DNA of 25,503 nt from Caedibacter taeniospiralis. Lineage in GTDB: Bacteria; Pseudomonadota; Gammaproteobacteria; Francisellales; Francisellaceae. Positions within the stretch are counted from its first letter, which is position 1. Each line of letters starts with the position of its first letter. The notes below the pieces were generated by a model. That model saw only the letters and a program-made list of their open reading frames with translations. It did not search any database and had not been told where the DNA came from. A program made the translations under genes and the position numbers. Of this stretch, positions 24,453 through 25,503 are shown one piece after another. Where the stretch lies: NCBI RefSeq assembly GCF_002803295.2, contig NZ_PGGB02000006.1, positions 65,519-91,021 of the forward strand, in the 5' to 3' direction.

Positions 24453-25503
24453 CTAGTTTGATTGTCCAAGTGTTGTGCACACTTTGGCAAGAAGGCTTAA
24501 TTTGCGTCTGGCATCGGTGGCGTAGTCATTGGTTTCATCCCAGGCGTAACCTGCCAAAATGGCGCAAATTTTTGCTTTAATTTCTTCGGGTTGTCTGTTA
24601 CTGAAAATAATTTGCTGCAGCTCGCCTGTATACCAAGTGCGCACATAGGCCTTAAACGTATTCACTCCTTTTTGTAAAGGTTTGGCGAAGCTTTCTTGCC
24701 AATCAACCTCTTTGCCTTGAAGCTCTAGATCAAGTGTTTCAGCCGCAAGAACTGCAGATTTTAAGGCAAGGGTTACCCCAGATGAGAAAACGGGATCCAG
24801 GAATTCGCCTGCGTTTCCAAGAAGCGCAAAACCCTTACCGTAAAGTGTGCTGACATCCTGGGCGTACCCTGTGATTTTTCGCACGGGGCATGTCAGGCTT
24901 ATGTCTTTTAAGATGGTATACAGATTTGGGGTCTGTTGAATCAGCTCCATGAGTTGGTCTTCGGGGGTTAATTGAGCTTTTGCGAGTAAATGCGGCTCGC
25001 CAACCACGCCGATAGAGTATTTGGTATCGTTAAGTGGGATAAGCCAAAACCATATATCAGCATGTTTTGGATGGACGCTAATAAGGATTTTATTTTGATC
25101 AAAAAGCCGCCGATCAAGTTTCGCACTAATGTGGGTGAAAATAGACATGCGTGGCGGAAATTCACTTGGACGGTTCAGTTTAAGCAGATTAGGTAACACT
25201 CGCGCAAAACCACTGGCATCTAATACAAATCGCGCTTGATAACTATGATGGTTGTTGGTTTCATCACAGGTGATCACTGTATGCAGTTTGTCAGTAAACT
25301 CAAGGTTGGTGACGCGCTGTTGGTAGATGATTGTAGCGCCAAATTCTTGTGCTTTATCGGCTAGTATTTTGTCAAAAATGGCACGCTCCACTTGAAAAGT
25401 GCTGTTAAATCCACCGCCAAATTTCTGGCTAAAATCAAACTCAGTGTAGTGATCATGGTATGCAAAAGCCGCACCATTTTTAAATTGAAAGCCTGCCTCT
25501 TTA
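24453..25503 (-). CDS. FAD-dependent oxidoreductase of the flavin-dependent halogenase/geranylgeranyl-reductase-like family, 5'-truncated by the window edge
   Basis: The frame is open from the window end: upstream of the listed GTG it reads KEAGFQFKNGAAFAYHDHYTEFDFSQKFGGGFNSTFQ. The WxWxIP motif WFWLIP lies at 25035-25052, and FLDPVFSSGV is an FxxPxxSxG motif. The N-terminal GxGxxG lies outside the window. Confidence 0.75.
   Translation of the reverse strand, partial: KEAGFQFKNGAAFAYHDHYTEFDFSQKFGGGFNSTFQVERAIFDKILADKAQEFGATIIYQQRVTNLEFTDKLHTVITCDETNNHHSYQARFVLDASGFARVLPNLLKLNRPSEFPPRMSIFTHISAKLDRRLFDQNKILISVHPKHADIWFWLIPLNDTKYSIGVVGEPHLLAKAQLTPEDQLMELIQQTPNLYTILKDISLTCPVRKITGYAQDVSTLYGKGFALLGNAGEFLDPVFSSGVTLALKSAVLAAETLDLELQGKEVDWQESFAKPLQKGVNTFKAYVRTWYTGELQQIIFSNRQPEEIKAKICAILAGYAWDETNDYATDARRKLSLLAKVCTTLGQSN

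Overview
This is an AT-rich, gammaproteobacterial-type chromosomal window. The gene content (gatCAB, lemA plus an M48 protease, many A/T homopolymers) would fit a Legionellales/Coxiellales-like host-associated bacterium, but the taxon cannot be proven from the sequence alone. From about 0 to 13.2 kb the window carries mostly housekeeping genes: gatC-gatA-gatB, pyrG, cysS, prmB-aroC, a lemA/M48-protease pair, a carboxylesterase and hemC. Two small type II toxin-antitoxin cassettes are wedged into this block: a PIN toxin with an RHH antitoxin between pyrG and cysS, and a YafQ/RelE-like toxin with an RHH antitoxin abutting the hemC stop. From 13.7 to 18.0 kb, all on the minus strand, lie a murC gene, an AlbA_2/Schlafen-like ATP-binding protein whose start overlaps the murC stop, rsmI, and a HAD-IIIA phosphatase. 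The AlbA_2-like gene carries a perfect in-frame 12-nt tandem repeat, and the rsmI reading frame is broken at an A9 run. From 18.2 to 24.3 kb there is an LPS core/O-antigen-ligase cluster: a GT9 gene on the plus strand converges on a tightly overlapping five-gene minus-strand operon (GT2, GT2, GT4, O-antigen ligase, GT4). Immediately upstream of that operon is a perfect heptanucleotide microsatellite (TGAATGT x8). Upstream of the microsatellite is a flavin-dependent halogenase-like gene that runs off the window. I recognised no rRNA, tRNA, CRISPR array or intact mobile element. No obviously complete new multi-gene system is visible. The best leads are the microsatellite-fronted LPS operon, the murC-coupled Schlafen/AlbA_2-like protein with its variable linker, the reverse-order PIN/RHH module, and the homopolymer-broken rsmI.
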